Shown piece by piece: positions 24,443-37,085 of a DNA stretch of 64,000 bases. The position numbers and the translations under genes are program-made. The notes under the pieces are model-generated. The model saw only the letters and a list, made by a program, of their open reading frames with translations, was not told the DNA's origin and ran no database searches. The DNA is taken from positions 4,278,001 through 4,342,000 of the forward strand of contig OZ024760.1 in assembly GCA_964016885.1 (NCBI GenBank). Reading direction: 5' to 3'. Within the stretch, counting starts at the first letter, position 1. The number at the start of each line of letters is the position of its first letter. The DNA is from Eledone cirrhosa. Lineage: Eukaryota.

Positions 24443-25469
24443 GTTTGTGAAGTTCTTCCTCTATTTCTTCTCCATTCTGTTATCATTTAACATCCACTTT
24501 CCTTGTTGGCGTAGGCAGTTAATTGGCAGTGTCATTAGAGCAGATAGAATGCTTTGTGGCATTTGTTTTGACTCTGCTCTCTGAGTTTAAATGTTGCCAC
24601 GGTCAACTCTCAACCTTTCCTGGTCGGTAAAAAAAAAAGAGTACCAGTCTAATACTGGGGTCAATATTTCCTCTATATCTCTTTATCATTTCCTTTCTTT
24701 CTCTCTCTATCCTTCTCCGGAAGAAATCTACTGTATTCAGACCTGGAGAGGAGATGGGCTCTGCCAGGTTTATAAGGCCCTAGTAACACTATATATCAAT
24801 ACGTCGCCACTACGACTTGCTCAAGAGTTACAGGACCATGCATGCACTCCTTGCTGGAAAGGGTAGGATGGGCTGTCACAGGTCGAATCAGAACTCAGAT
24901 GGAACAGCTGACCTCTCAATAAGAATCAGCTATGAGGCTGCGAAGACAGATCCCTAGAAATATTCAATGACGCAATCAAGTTCTGGCAATTATGAGAGGA
25001 AGCAATTTAAATCTGAAGATATTTAACCTTTTAGCATTTACATTACTCTATATTTACTATTGTTTTCATAAAGACTTTACCTTACATAATTATCTCGCAT
25101 ATCGAATCTGAGATTTTGATATTTAACATCAGTATGAGCAGCCAGTTATAACTGGTTTGAACAGAAAGAGATGAGAGCATTCTGGTTTAAATGTTAAAGG
25201 ATTTAAGTATTTTCAACTTATTTTATAAGCTATTTTATAGCATCTCTGTGCATGAACACACCACTCGGTATGAGTGGCCGATTTGAACAGAAAGAGGTGA
25301 GAGCATTCTGGTCGAATACAGCTGGTTTAACCCATAAGCATTTAAATCAACTGTATTTGGCCAGAATTCTCTCACCTCTTTCTGTTCAGTTTTAGTTTCA
25401 TGTCACCACTGATGTATTTTTGTTTCAGTTGTCTTATTGTCAATACTAATGAATTTATTTGTTATTCAG

Positions 25470-25621
25470 AGGCCATCGTACTTGTTCAGGAATCCAAACG
25501 CTCTGAAATAAAAAGAAAACTGGAAGCATATGAGTTCATAATAAAACTTGATTTTGTCAGTGTTCCAAATGACAGCAGTGGCACGGCTGATGCGCTCAGA
25601 TTAATTCGTAATAAAGTAAAG
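25470..25621 (+). CDS. EIF2B3: eIF2B gamma, coding exon 2
   Basis: (E)AIVLVQ...SSGTADALRLIRNKVK (GTAD.LR motif); AG/GT, ends phase 0. Confidence 0.9.
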
Positions 25622-25822
25622 GTAGGTCTGTTTACCTCGTTTATTTGCATCATAAGAAATGTTTTTAATGTACAAGGATTTGCTGAAAGGTTCATAGGCT
25701 TTAGCCTAGAGAGCAAAATATCTGAGCACATATTTGTAGAGCCATGAAGGTCAACTGAAGGTTCACAGGCTGACTAAGATGCTCTCAAGGAATGAGCAAA
25801 TGAGGTTTATTTTTCAAAATAG

Positions 25823-26112
25823 TCCCCTAAAATGGGTTTACTAATCTTGGCTCATTGCTCCCTAAAATGGGTTTGCTAATCTTGGCTCATTGCTCCCTAA
25901 AATGGGTTTGCTAATCTTGGCTCATTGCTCCCTAAAATGGGTTTGTTAATCTTGGCTCATTGCTCCCTAAAATGGGCTTGCTAATCTTGGCTCATTGCTC
26001 CCTAAAATGGGTTCGCTAATCTTGGCTCATTGCTTCCTAAAATGGGTTCGCTAATCTTGGCTCATTGCTTCCTAAAATGGGTTTGCTAATCTTGGCTTAT
26101 TGTTCCCTAAAA
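25823..26112. repeat. 35-bp minisatellite in EIF2B3 intron 2
   Basis: CCCTAAAATGGGTTTGCTAATCTTGGCTCATTGCT x ~8. Confidence 0.9.
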
Positions 26113-26674
26113 TAGGAACTTGTTCTCCTGATTCCAACACTGCGCCAATCAGCACCATATTTTTGGTCTGGTATATACCACTGAACTCCCAGACTATTGG
26201 GTCACCAGATATAGTGATGCGAGACATAAAAATACATTACCACCTCATCAAAATTGACTTGCAATTACATATCAATACTGCTTTTTAATTTTCTTGATTT
26301 CCTTTAACCCTTTAGCATTTACATTATTCTATATATGCTATTGTATTTTTGTGGTAAAGCCTTTCTTACATAATATCGAATCTGAGATTTTGATATTTAT
26401 TTTTGAGAACGATATCTTAATGTCAGTATGAGCAGCTGGTTATGGCTTGTGGCCAATTTGAACAGAAAGAGGTGAGTTCTGGCTGGATACAGCCGGTTTA
26501 AATGCTAAAAGGTTAGAATATAGGACCTGTGTTTGTCAGTCTGTTCAGGCATGTGTGTGTTTGGTAAAATAAAAAAAAAATTGACACATGAAAATATTTT
26601 GGTTAAAAATGAGTTTTCTTTAGTTTTTTTTTTTTACATTTTAATAAAACCCAGTTTGATGTTCTTGATTTCAG

Positions 26675-26840
26675 TACGACTTGTTGATAATCTCATCTGA
26701 TCTTATTACCACCCTACCTCTACATTATCTCACCAACCACTTCAAAGCTTATGATGCCTCCTTCTTGATGCTTCTTTCACCACTGCCAGAACCATTTAAT
26801 GAAGCTCCAGTTCCTGGAGTGAAGGTTGACAAACAGAACG
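26675..26840 (+). CDS. EIF2B3: eIF2B gamma, coding exon 3
   Basis: YDLLIISSDLITTLPLHYLTNHFKAYDASFLMLL...VPGVKVDKQN; ends phase 1. Confidence 0.9.
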
Positions 26841-27339
26841 GTTGGTTTGGGTTTTTGTTTTTCCCCCCAACTTATATAATTGTTTTCGGTCTTTATTTTT
26901 GCTGTTTTAACCTTTTCGTTACCATATTTCTATCGAAATACACTTAATTTGAAGGAATTAGCTAAAATGATTTCATTAATAAGACAGTATTTGTAACATA
27001 ATTTACCAAAACATTCTCATATTAAATATGTAGTTTTGATAACAGCTAATAATCCAGAAGCGTGTTGATCACCCCCCCCCCCCCCTTATTTTTTGCAACA
27101 ATCTTAAAATTCATAACGAAAGACCATCAAAAGTTTTTCAAAAACTGTGTGTGTGATAAATTCACCCCCACCCTTCTTACTACAAAGTTTCACAATCTGT
27201 TCACTAGTAAAGATACTAAAAGCATTTCAATTAACAAACCCGTTTTTAGACATTTTTTATGAAATCATTAGAAGCTAAAGAAAAATGATAATTATTAATT
27301 CTTTTTTTTTTTTTTCTCTATCTCCATTCACGTATCCAG

Positions 27340-27445
27340 AGGGAGATGTGATTGGTTTGGATAAAGAGTTGCAACGATTAGTTTTCTACAGTAATGAGGC
27401 TGACGAAGGTGAATTCATTACATTTAGTCACTCCTTCCTGACACA
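27340..27445 (+). CDS. EIF2B3: eIF2B gamma, coding exon 4
   Basis: (E)GDVIGLDKELQRLVFYSNEADEGEFITFSHSFLT; donor GTAAG, ends phase 2. Confidence 0.88.
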
Positions 27446-27487
27446 GTAAGGACCTTTCATTTTATTTTGTTATACTTGTTAGTTATT

Positions 27488-27853
27488 GCCATGCTTTGCA
27501 GCATAGTTACGGCCCTTTATGGTCTTAGTTCAAATCCTGCCGAGGTTAACTTTGCCTTTCATCCTTATGGGGTCGATAAAATAAAGTACCAGTAATGTAC
27601 TGGGATAATTGCTGGCCTTGTGCCTAAAGTAGAAACAATTATTAGGAGGGCCAGGGTGGTGGATTGGCAGTATCGGTAGAGCGGTGGGCAGCATAGGTAC
27701 GTCTGTTTATATACTGAGTTCAAATCCCACCAAGGTTAGCTTTGCCTTTCATCCTTACGGGGTCAATAAAATAAAGCATCAGTAATGCACTGGGGTCGAT
27801 TTAATCGACTTTTCCCTCCCCCAAATTGTTAGCCTTGTGCCTATAGTAGAAAT
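27488..27853 (+). mobile_element. tandem dominant SINE copies in EIF2B3 intron 4
   Basis: Two copies of the core motif. Confidence 0.75.
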
Positions 27854-28374
27854 TATTATTATTATTATTAGTGGCTGTGGATTGGTAGTTGTTTTAGGGG
27901 GCAGTATTTGTTCTGGCTCCTCTTTAAGTACTGAGTTCAAATTCCACTGAGGTAAACTTTGCCTTCCATCATTCCAATGCCCATTTCTCGGACATAAAAT
28001 AATGGGGTCGGCTTATATTTGAGTATATACTGTTTTTTCTCTCGTAACTTTTCAGATTTAACCTCTTCAGTGCCATAGACGAGATAACTTCTCCAAACTC
28101 TTTTCCAACATTCATAACTTCAAATTTATGAACTCCTTTCCAACAGTTCATAACTTCAAAGTTATGAAATCGTTTCCAAGAGTTCATAATTTCAAAGCTA
28201 GATGGGGTTACTAGTTTATTGATGTGACATTTGTCAATCATTCAGATATGTGTTGTTAATAAATGTTTAAAAAGTCGTTTTATTGAGGAGAAAAATCCTG
28301 GCACAGCAACTATAGCTGTGTAAAATATATGTGGCAGTCAACAGGTTAATCATTTCATTATAATATCTTTGCAG

Positions 28375-28464
28375 ATGTCCATTTATATCACTGCGGACTG
28401 ACATGACAGATTGTCATTTATATATAATGAAAAAATGGATTTTTGAATTCCTTCTTGATAGACC
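28375..28464 (+). CDS. EIF2B3: eIF2B gamma, coding exon 5
   Basis: (Q)CPFISLRTDMTDCHLYIMKKWIFEFLLDR (D.HLY..KKW motif); donor GTAAGT, ends phase 2. Confidence 0.9.
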
Positions 28465-28774
28465 GTAAGTACATTGTAGACAACACTTAATTTGAAAATA
28501 ATGGTTGGTTTTGGTCGTGTTGTGAGTGTTACTGTTGTGGCATCGGGGGTTAAGTTTGTTTTGCAATCATTAGGTCCTGGTTAAATGTCATTTAATATAA
28601 CCTTGAGTTAACTCAAGCCTTGTCAGTGAAACTGGATAGACAAAAACTGTGTGGAAGCCTGTCAGATAGATTGTGCCTGTCTGTAAATTCAAAAAAACCA
28701 ACTGTCATATATAAGCTCCAAATTTGTAAGAGAAAGCATATAAATGAAGTTGACTAAATCCAAGAGGGATTTAA

Positions 28775-28987
28775 CCCTTTAGCTTTTACATTACTCTATA
28801 TTTACTATTATATTTTTTGTGGTAAAGGCTTTATCTTACATAATTATCTCGCATAATATCGACTCCACAAAATTTTGATGTTTTGAGAACAATACCTTAT
28901 TGTCAGTATGAGTGGCCAGTTATGGCTAATTTGAACAGAAAGAGGTGAGAATTCTGGCCAGGTACAGCCTGTTTAAATACTAAAGGG
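28775..28987. mobile_element. TTAA-flanked (piggyBac-like) MITE; representative of a family with related copies near 6070, 11835, 12012, 25023, 26308, 31343, 36845, 37260, 38345 and 38555
   Basis: TTAA|CCCTTTAG ... CTAAAGGG|TTAA termini and shared internal sequence. Confidence 0.75.
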
Positions 28988-29228
28988 TTAAACTACCCAG
29001 TTCTCGAAGGACATTATTAGAAATCGCATACGTTATAAAATAAATAGAATGGGTTGGTGGTCTCAATATGTAAACTAAACAGCTAGTTCTGGTTTAAAAA
29101 AAAAAATCAACGGAGACAACCTAGAAAAATTACTGATTTTCGAAACCCTGTTATTTGTGACCCAAGAGTAAGAATGTTTCATCAAGCTGCTCTGGTTTTT
29201 TTTTTTTTTTTTTTTTTTTTTACGACAG

Positions 29229-29335
29229 GAAGTTTACGACCCTTAAAGGGGAGCTGATCCCTTACATTGTGAAAAAACAGTTCTCTAAGAACAAATCAAA
29301 GAAAGCTGAAGGTGGTGGTGACACCAAATCAAAAG
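29229..29335 (+). CDS. EIF2B3: eIF2B gamma, coding exon 6
   Basis: (P)KFTTLKGELIPYIVKKQFS...TKSK (KGELIPY.VKKQF motif); ends phase 1. Confidence 0.9.
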
Positions 29336-30205
29336 GTAAAAATATATTTAACCCTTCAGATTCCAACCCACTTGAAACCACTACAATACAAAACTGTTTT
29401 AAAATGTTCATTGTATAACGTTTACCCCTGGGTCTCCTGCTGGTTTTACCCCCAAAATTTGTCCAGTAATTCTTTTGAGACATTCTAACCATATACCCAT
29501 GTGATTGAATAACATCCATGAGCTTAGTTGGACACAGTTGGGGATCCAACCGGATCAGTTGGAGAGGGTTGCTTCTGACAGGTCTCACAAGAAGGCATGT
29601 TTGAGGACTCTGCCCTCACGAATCTCTCAGGAATAAGTGGGCGAAGAATGAGCTTGGCTGGTCACACTTGGGGATCCAGCCGGATCAATTGGAGAAGGTT
29701 GCTTCTGACAGGACCCTCTGGAAGGCATGTTTGAGGACTCTGCCTCCATGACTCTCTCGGGAATAAGTGGGCGAGGAAGATTGTTTATCGTTCAATTTTC
29801 CATGCTTGCATGGGTTAGACACCAACCACGTTACTTTGAGGATTGGGTGGGCTGGGTGCTTTTTATTGTAGCACTGAAACAGCACACATACATACCATGT
29901 CACATAGTAACAGGATGTTTTGCTGTTATTTATGTAAAAAGCTTTGTTAAATTAAGCTTGAAACATCAGTTTAATACTGAGAAAGTTTGTCACATTACTG
30001 CATCCAATGTCCATCTATAACCACACAGCCACACCTGCATCCATTCTTACTCTCGCAACCGCTCCTCCATTCACTTGTTACCACACAGCAGCCATAAAAT
30101 AAATCATAATTATCTTTGAGTCAAGCTTGGGTGACTTTGGATTAATTTTAAAGAAAAAGTACACCTGGTCTATATTTGTCACTCTTTTTTTTCCTTATCT
30201 TTCAG

Positions 30206-30378
30206 ATATTTACAGCTATATTCCAAAGAGCTTCCTGGCAGAGGCTTATCAGTTAACTTTGAGCAACAAAGTCTCCCCCACTTATCATGAAGAGATTCAC
30301 TGTTATGTATACATGCAAGAGGAAGGCTTCTGTGCACGAACTAACACTCTTGCAAATTATGCTGCAGCAAATCGAGAG
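30206..30378 (+). CDS. EIF2B3: eIF2B gamma, coding exon 7
   Basis: (D)IYSYIP...IHCYVYMQEEGFCARTNTLANYAAANRE; ends phase 0. Confidence 0.9.
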
Positions 30379-31071
30379 GTAACTGTACTACTTACTGCTC
30401 TTACATGATTCTCTTTTGTTGGTGAGTAGTTAGGGCCCTATGTTATTTGTGTGTGCTTGTTATTGGTTCCCAGTACACTTTGTAAAGTGGTAGTGCTGGT
30501 GCCATGATAAAACACACTCAATACACCATGTGAGGTGGTTGGTGTTGGGAAGTGCATCTATATTGAACATATAAGGTCTCTAAGATCTGTCTAGCCTTGT
30601 AGTGTGACAACCCATCCAACCCATTCCAGAATGCCCAAAGATTTCACGAATTAGCTGTTAGCAACCATGAACTGAACAGTTAATTTAATTAAAATTTTTT
30701 TTTTTTTGGGGGGGGGGGGGGGGGGGTATTTAAAAAAAAATAATTTTAATACTGGGTTTAAGATAAAATCAAAACCCCTTCATTTTAAACTCTTCAATCA
30801 TCATCATCGTTTTAAATTTAAAATAAATATATCGTATATACTCGAATATAAGCTCCCCCCCCCCCCCCCCTTATGTTTGAGAAATAAACAAAAATCCAAA
30901 CCCTGTTTATAAACCAAGGCAGCTAATCAATGATTTGATGGTGTATATAAGCCAACCTCCCATTTTACCATTTTTTGTTTGTTTATTTTCGGTCACATTC
31001 CTTAGTATATATATATATATGGTATTTTTTTTTTTTTTTCTATTATACCTAATCTATTCTGTATGTCTCAG

Positions 31072-31143
31072 ATACTAAAACACTTCCCAGAACTGATGTC
31101 ACCTGGAACATTATCTAAAAGTACGGCAGGCAAATCATCAAAG
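31072..31143 (+). CDS. EIF2B3: eIF2B gamma, coding exon 8
   Basis: 72-nt phase 0/0 exon ILKHFPELMSPGTLSKSTAGKSSK; CTCAG acceptor, GTAAAG donor. Confidence 0.75.
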
Positions 31144-31579
31144 GTAAAGTCTGTTATTTAATTTACTAATTAGACTATAATTAACTTATTAATTAGGCAT
31201 ATTTATGATCAGATTAACTGTGGTAGAAATTATTCTTAAATTAGTTTTGAAATTCTTATCCAGTGGAGAAAACTAAGACTTTTGTTCAAGGACTTGTCAA
31301 ATGAAACATATATGCTGGTTTGGTCAGGTGAACTTTAGTGGCTTAACTCTTTAGCATTTACATTAGTCTATATTTACTATTGTATTTTTGCAGTAAAGGC
31401 TTTATCTTACATATCTCTCATGATATTGAATCTGAGATTTTCATATTTATTTTGAGAACAAATTTATTTTGAGGAAACACTGAATAAATATTCACCATAG
31501 TGACTTAAGTCGTCTGCTTGGCGTCTGTAGTTAGCGTTGTACTAGATTAGTACAAGAGACTTAGAAGTTGGGAAGAGCA

Positions 31580-32175
31580 TTCATGAGATCGGTTGGTCTC
31601 GCTTAGGGATCTAGCGGAACCAATTGTAGACAGCTGCTTCTGACAGACCAGTTGGAAGGCATACCTAGGACTCTACACTGCCCACAACCCTCCCCTCTCA
31701 GGAATGAATGGTCAAAGAAGCACTCCTGGTTTAACACCACCATCCAGCTTTCTCCAAACAATCCTAATAAAATAGAAGTTAACATTTCTAGAATAGAGGT
31801 CAAGCCTCTGAATTAAGAGATCACAGCTCTGATACTATGGGCATGTGGTTAGAATATCTCGGGGAAAGAATGGCTGGACAGATTTGTAGTTCAGAGACCA
31901 GTCACTTCAGGTTGAGCCACTACTTCTCCGAAGCTCTGGTACTATGGGCATGTGGTTAGAATACCTCAGGAAAGAATCGCTCGACAGATTTTATGGGTAA
32001 AACCAACTGGCAAGAGACCTAGGGGTAGACACCGAGCCAGATGGTTTAATAACATCCATGAGCTTGGCTGGTCATGTTTGGGGATCCAGCCGGATCAGTT
32101 GGAGAAGGTTGCTTCCAACAGCACCTGCTGGAAGGAGTGTTTGAGGGCCTTCGCAGGAATAAGTGGGTGAAGAGG
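31580..32175 (+). mobile_element. stacked 3' fragments of a LINE family (LWYYGHVVR motif)
   Basis: YYGHVVRIPQERIARQIL...GKRPRGR.RARW; related fragments at ~5310-5580 and ~29440-29770. Confidence 0.6.
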
Positions 32176-32267
32176 AGCATTTTATTTTTTTATTTATTTT
32201 TTTTTTATTTTTTTTTATTTTATTTAAAAAAAAAAAAAAATTAAACTTTTTTCTCTCCCTTTACCAG

Positions 32268-32416
32268 GTTGATTCTGAATCTCTGTTGGATGAAAGTGTT
32301 TCTTTAAGTAAAAATGTTTCCATCACAAAGTCAGTGGTTGGTGCTTACTGTAAGATTTACGACAAAGTGAAAATTATTAATTCTGTTATATTGGATCATA
32401 CAGAAATTGGTGAAGG
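32268..32416 (+). CDS. EIF2B3: eIF2B gamma, coding exon 9 (left-handed beta-helix)
   Basis: VDSESLLDESVSLSKNVSITKSVVGAYCKIYDKVKIINSVILDHTEIGE, hexapeptide repeats; donor GTAAGT, ends phase 2. Confidence 0.9.
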
Positions 32417-32439
32417 GTAAGTGTGACAATAGTTTATTT

Positions 32440-35339
32440 CTGTGGTGTATGTATGTTAGGAAGGGCATCCAACCAGTGTATCAATGCCAAAACGCTTATC
32501 AGCACAGCAACAAATAGGAACAACAAAATATGAAGACGTCGCATCTCAGAGTTGCAACACTTAATGTTGGCACTCTCAGAGGTAGATCTGCTGAAATAGC
32601 GGAGATGCTGGAGAGAAGGCAGATGGATGTGTGCTGCGTGCAAGAGGTGAGATGGAGAGGTGCCTCTGCGAGACTAGTCGTAGGCAAACGTCTTAGCTAT
32701 AAGCTATTCTAGGTAGGTAAGGATGATGGGTTAGGGGGAGTAGGCATTTTCCTGGCTGAGAAATGGATCAATAAGACAATAGAGGTAGTTCGAGTTAGTA
32801 ATCGAATAATTAAGCTTAGATTAGTTGTAGGTAGGAGACTACTGACAATCATCTCTGCCTATGCTCCCCAAGCAGGCCTAGGCAAAGATGAGAAAGACTG
32901 CTTTTATGAGCAACTTTTGCAAACAACCGCAATGACAGAGGACGGAGACATCGTTATGCTAGCAGGAGACTTCAATGGTCATGTTGGACAGCTCCAGGAT
33001 GGTTACACTGGGGTACATGGTGGGCACGGTTACGGTTCAAGAAATGAAGGAGTGAGACTTCTTGAATTTTGTGATGCAGGTACATTGACTATTTGCAACA
33101 CAAACTTCCAGAAACCTGCCAATCACCTAATAACCTACAAATCTGGTGAGCACATAAGCCAGATTGACTTCTTACTAGTTAGGCAGCGGGACAGGCAGAT
33201 AGTGTCTAATACCAAGGCATACCCTGGAGAAGAATGTACCCCACAGCATAGGTTAGTTGTTAGTGATATCTCAGTAAGCAAGAGATGGAATGAGACATAT
33301 AGGAAGGTGTGGAGAAGAAAGGTCTGGAAGCTAAAAGACCTTTCACTAAAATACAAATTTAGGAAAGCCCTTCAAGATGTATATGACGAAAAAGAAGACG
33401 ATTTAGAGACGTATGACAGATAATAACTGGAATTTCTTACATGACAACTTGCTGCAGGCTACTGATGAAACTTGTGGCTGGAGCAGAGCTCCAACCAGAC
33501 AGAGAGTGACCTGGTGGTGGAACAGCACAGTAGATAAGGCTATTAGAGACAAAAGACTAGCATGGAAGGCTTGGAAAAAGGGTGGGAGTAGGGAAGAATA
33601 TGCAGCCACTAAGAAGCTAGACATTGGGTGTACTTAGCACGCAGGGAGGCAGAGAGTAGGAGGTTTGCCAATGTTCTGCGACGGGAAGATCAGAGGCGTG
33701 CGGTGTTCCACATTGCAAGGCAGTGTGTCAATGCAAATCGGGATGTTGGAGATAAATGTGTCCGGGATGATGCCGGTGTACTTAGTGTCACGAATGATCA
33801 GAAAAAGGAGGCCTGGAAATGTCATTCCTGATGAATGTGGAGAACAAATGGGAGAGAGAGAAATTACCCTTGGTAGATCCGACAGGAACCAGCTATTGAG
33901 ATTGACGAATATAGGGTCCAAGAGGCGATTAGGGAAATAAAAAATGGAAAGGCTGCCGGACCATCGGGAATAGTTGCTGAGATGCTGAAGGCATCAGGGG
34001 ACGTAGGCACTAAACTGGTTGCACGCATCATCAATCAAGCTATATATGGTGGTGTCATACCCAAAGACTGGTGCAGCAGTATTCTCATAAATTGCTACAA
34101 AGGTAAAGGGGATGCTTTGGAGAGGAGCAATTATAGGGGTATAAAACTGATAGATCAGGTTATGAAAGTGGCAGAAAGGATTTTAGCAAACTTTGTACAG
34201 AGGTACTCTCAGTAAAGTCAGGGTAGGAATGGAGTTTAGTGAGGAATTCCAGATACAAGTAGGAGTACATCAGGGTTCGGTCCTCAGCCCACTCTTGTTC
34301 ATTATAGTCCTCCAAGCCATAACAGAGGAGTTTAAGACTGGCTGTCCATGGGAACTTCTCTATGCTGACGATCTGGTTCTTATAGCAGAATCAGTAGAGG
34401 AGCTAGAGAATAAATTCTGGCTATGGAAACAGCAGTTGGAAGCAAGAGGACTGAGAGTGAATCTAGCTAAGACAAAAGTGTTGATGAGTAGAAAAGAGGA
34501 CAAAACCCTGATTCCGTCAGGGAAATGGCCATGTTCGATATGCAGAAAAGGAACTGGCATAAATTCTATAAAATGCACACAATGCAGATCCTGGGTACAC
34601 AAGAGATGTAGCGGGATAGCAGGCAAACTAACAGGTAGGGAGAAATATGTATTCAGTAGATGTACAGGGAAATTGGACAGTAGAAGTCGCATTGATAGAC
34701 ACATTTTTCAAATGCAGGAGGGCGCTATAGAAGTGGTGGATAGCTTCCGGTACCTAGGAGATCAGATTAGCATGGGAGGAGGGTGTTCTGAGGCCATAGT
34801 ATCTAGAATAAGGACGGGTTGGAAGAAGTTTAGGGAGCTGCTTCCTCTGTTGAAGGGTTTCTCTCTGCGTACGAAAGGCCGGTTGTATGATGCCTGTGTG
34901 CGGAGCACGATGCTGCATGGTAGTGAGACATGGGCAGCAACTGCAGAGGATATGCGACGGCTGGAGAGAAATGAGGCAAGCATGCTCCGTTGGATGTGCA
35001 GTGTAAATGTGCGTGAACGACCCAGCATAAATGTGTTGAGAGAGAAACTGTGTCTGAGAGGGATAGAATGTAGTGTACGGGAGAGGAGACTGAGGTGGTA
35101 TGGACATGTGACGCGCATGGAGGATGACCGTTGGGTGAAGAAGTGCCAGGAATTGCCAGTTGAAGGAAGACGTGGTAGAGGTAGGCCACGAAAAACATGG
35201 GCGGAGGTGGTGAGAACAGACCTCAGATCATTGAAGCTCACGGAGATGATGAGGGACCGTGACGAGTGGAGAGATGCTGTCCTGAATAAGACCCGTCCCA
35301 CCCTTGCAAGCAGGGAAAAGCGGACGTAAAATGATGATG

Positions 35340-35341
<2 letters not shown>
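32440..35341 (+). mobile_element. RTE-clade LINE, near full length but defective, in EIF2B3 intron 9
   Basis: APE endonuclease (RVATLNVGTL, CCVQEVRW, GDFNGH, SQIDFLL, QHRLV), RT (GVHQGSVLSPLLF, YADD), RLRWYGHV..M C-terminus, (ATG)n tail; contains stops, frameshifts and an RT deletion near 34190; 5' boundary approximate. Confidence 0.93.
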
Positions 35342-35370
<29 letters not shown>

Positions 35371-35661
35371 CGTAATTTAATTTTAAGTTTAATCAATACA
35401 TATAAAATATGTATGTTTCTCAGAAAAAGCTCTTTTGTTTAGAGCATTCATAATAAAAAAATTTTAAACGATATAGATATATCAATTGAAAAACTAACCA
35501 GGCTTTTATTTATTTATTTATTTATTTATATATATAAATATATAAATAAAAACAAATACAATTTAAGGTGTTAAATAAAAATGAGTTTAAAATGCCAAAG
35601 ATGTGCTGTATGTCACTAAAGCACCCCAATAATTTCATCAGGAGTTACAGGTCTATACATA

Positions 35662-35850
35662 CATCATCATTGTTTAACGTCCATCTTCCATGCTAGCATG
35701 AGTTGGAAGGGTTTGTCCCACTTGAGGCAAGATTGGTCAGGTGACCGTGTCTTGCTCGTACAGAACTGTTTCTGGCAGGTTTTCTATGGCTGGATGCTGG
35801 ATGCCCTTCCTAACACCAACCACATTTACAGTGTGGACTGGGAGCCTTTT
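35662..35850 (-). mobile_element. RTE-related SINE fragment
   Basis: 3' tail similar to the RTE 3' end, plus an exact 18-nt match to the RTE 5' region. Confidence 0.65.
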
Positions 35851-35926
35851 TACATTGTCTTAGGTGTAAGTGAGCATACATATACTATAAAGACTCTTAA
35901 TTTAACTGTGTTGTATTTTTTTTTAG

Positions 35927-36030
35927 GAGTATTATTGATGGGTGTATAATATGCGACAGTGTGTATGTAGGGGAGAACTGTGATCTGAAGGCAACAATTA
36001 TTGGCAGTAAAGAGAAGATAACAGCTAATA
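35927..36030 (+). CDS. EIF2B3: eIF2B gamma, coding exon 10
   Basis: (G)SIIDGCIICDSVYVGENCDLKATIIGSKEKITAN; donor GTAAGT, ends phase 1. Confidence 0.9.
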
Positions 36031-36369
36031 GTAAGTCATCATATTCTCTCTCCCTCTCTCTGTCTCTGTCTGTCTCTCTGTCTGTGTGTCTGTCTGTCTC
36101 TCTGTCTCTGTCTCTCTCTGTCTATCTGTCTCTCTCTGTCTATCTGTCTCTCTCTGTCTGTCTCTCTCTCTTGCGTGTTCAGTCTCTTTCTCTTTCCCCG
36201 CTTCCCATTGTTTCTATAGGACCCCATCTAGCCTTCCATTGAGTTACTACTCTAAACCCTTTCAACCAGTTGTAAACTGATAATATTCTATATTACCATC
36301 TCCACCTTCTTCCATACATACAAATCTCTAAGTTTTAAACACTTCTTTATTTTTCTTTCTCTATTCCAG

Positions 36370-36434
36370 CCAAATTAACACACGAAGCGGTCCATACACA
36401 GATGATGAACGACCCAGCAAATTGGTTTTACTAA
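36370..36434 (+). CDS. EIF2B3: eIF2B gamma, terminal coding exon 11
   Basis: (T)KLTHEAVHTQMMNDPANWFY*; total spliced CDS 1332 nt = 443 aa; AATAAA at 36532-36537. Confidence 0.8.
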
Positions 36435-36844
36435 AAAAAAAATTACTAATTAATTAAATCAAATTTTTTTTCTCAAATTTTTTTTCTGTACAGAATTTAA
36501 ATAACTTTTCAGGGAAACTGTTTAATATGGAAATAAAAGAAAATAATCTATTTGTTTATATAAAAGTATTTAATTTGGTTTTCTCATCATTGTTTATATC
36601 ATGTTTACTTTAGACAATTTTCTACTTTGGGCACAAAGCCAGCACTTACCCCAGTGCATTACTAGTGCTTTATTTTATTGACCCCGTAAGGATGAAAGGC
36701 TAGGTTAACCTCAGTGGGATTTGAACTCGTGCAAAGCATGGTGTCTGATGCTCTACCAATTCTGCCAATCCACAGCCTTAATTTGTTTCCTCCATTGGTT
36801 TCAATGAACATTCAGCCATTGACATTTGAATATCTGATTCTTAA

Positions 36845-37085
36845 CCCTTTAGCATTTACATTACTCTATATTTATAGCATTTTCATGGGAAATGCTTTAC
36901 CTCACATATTTACATTACTCTATATATACTAATGTATTTTCATGGTAAAGGCTTACATAAAAAGCTTACATAATATTTAATCTGATATTTTGATATTTTT
37001 GAGAATACCTTAACATCAGTATGAGCGGCTGGTTTGAACAGATTGAGAATTCTCGCTGGTTACGGCCAGTTTAAATGCTAAAGGG
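36845..37085. mobile_element. TTAA-flanked (piggyBac-like) MITE
   Basis: TTAA|CCCTTTAGCATTT ... AAATGCTAAAGGG|TTAA. Confidence 0.75.
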
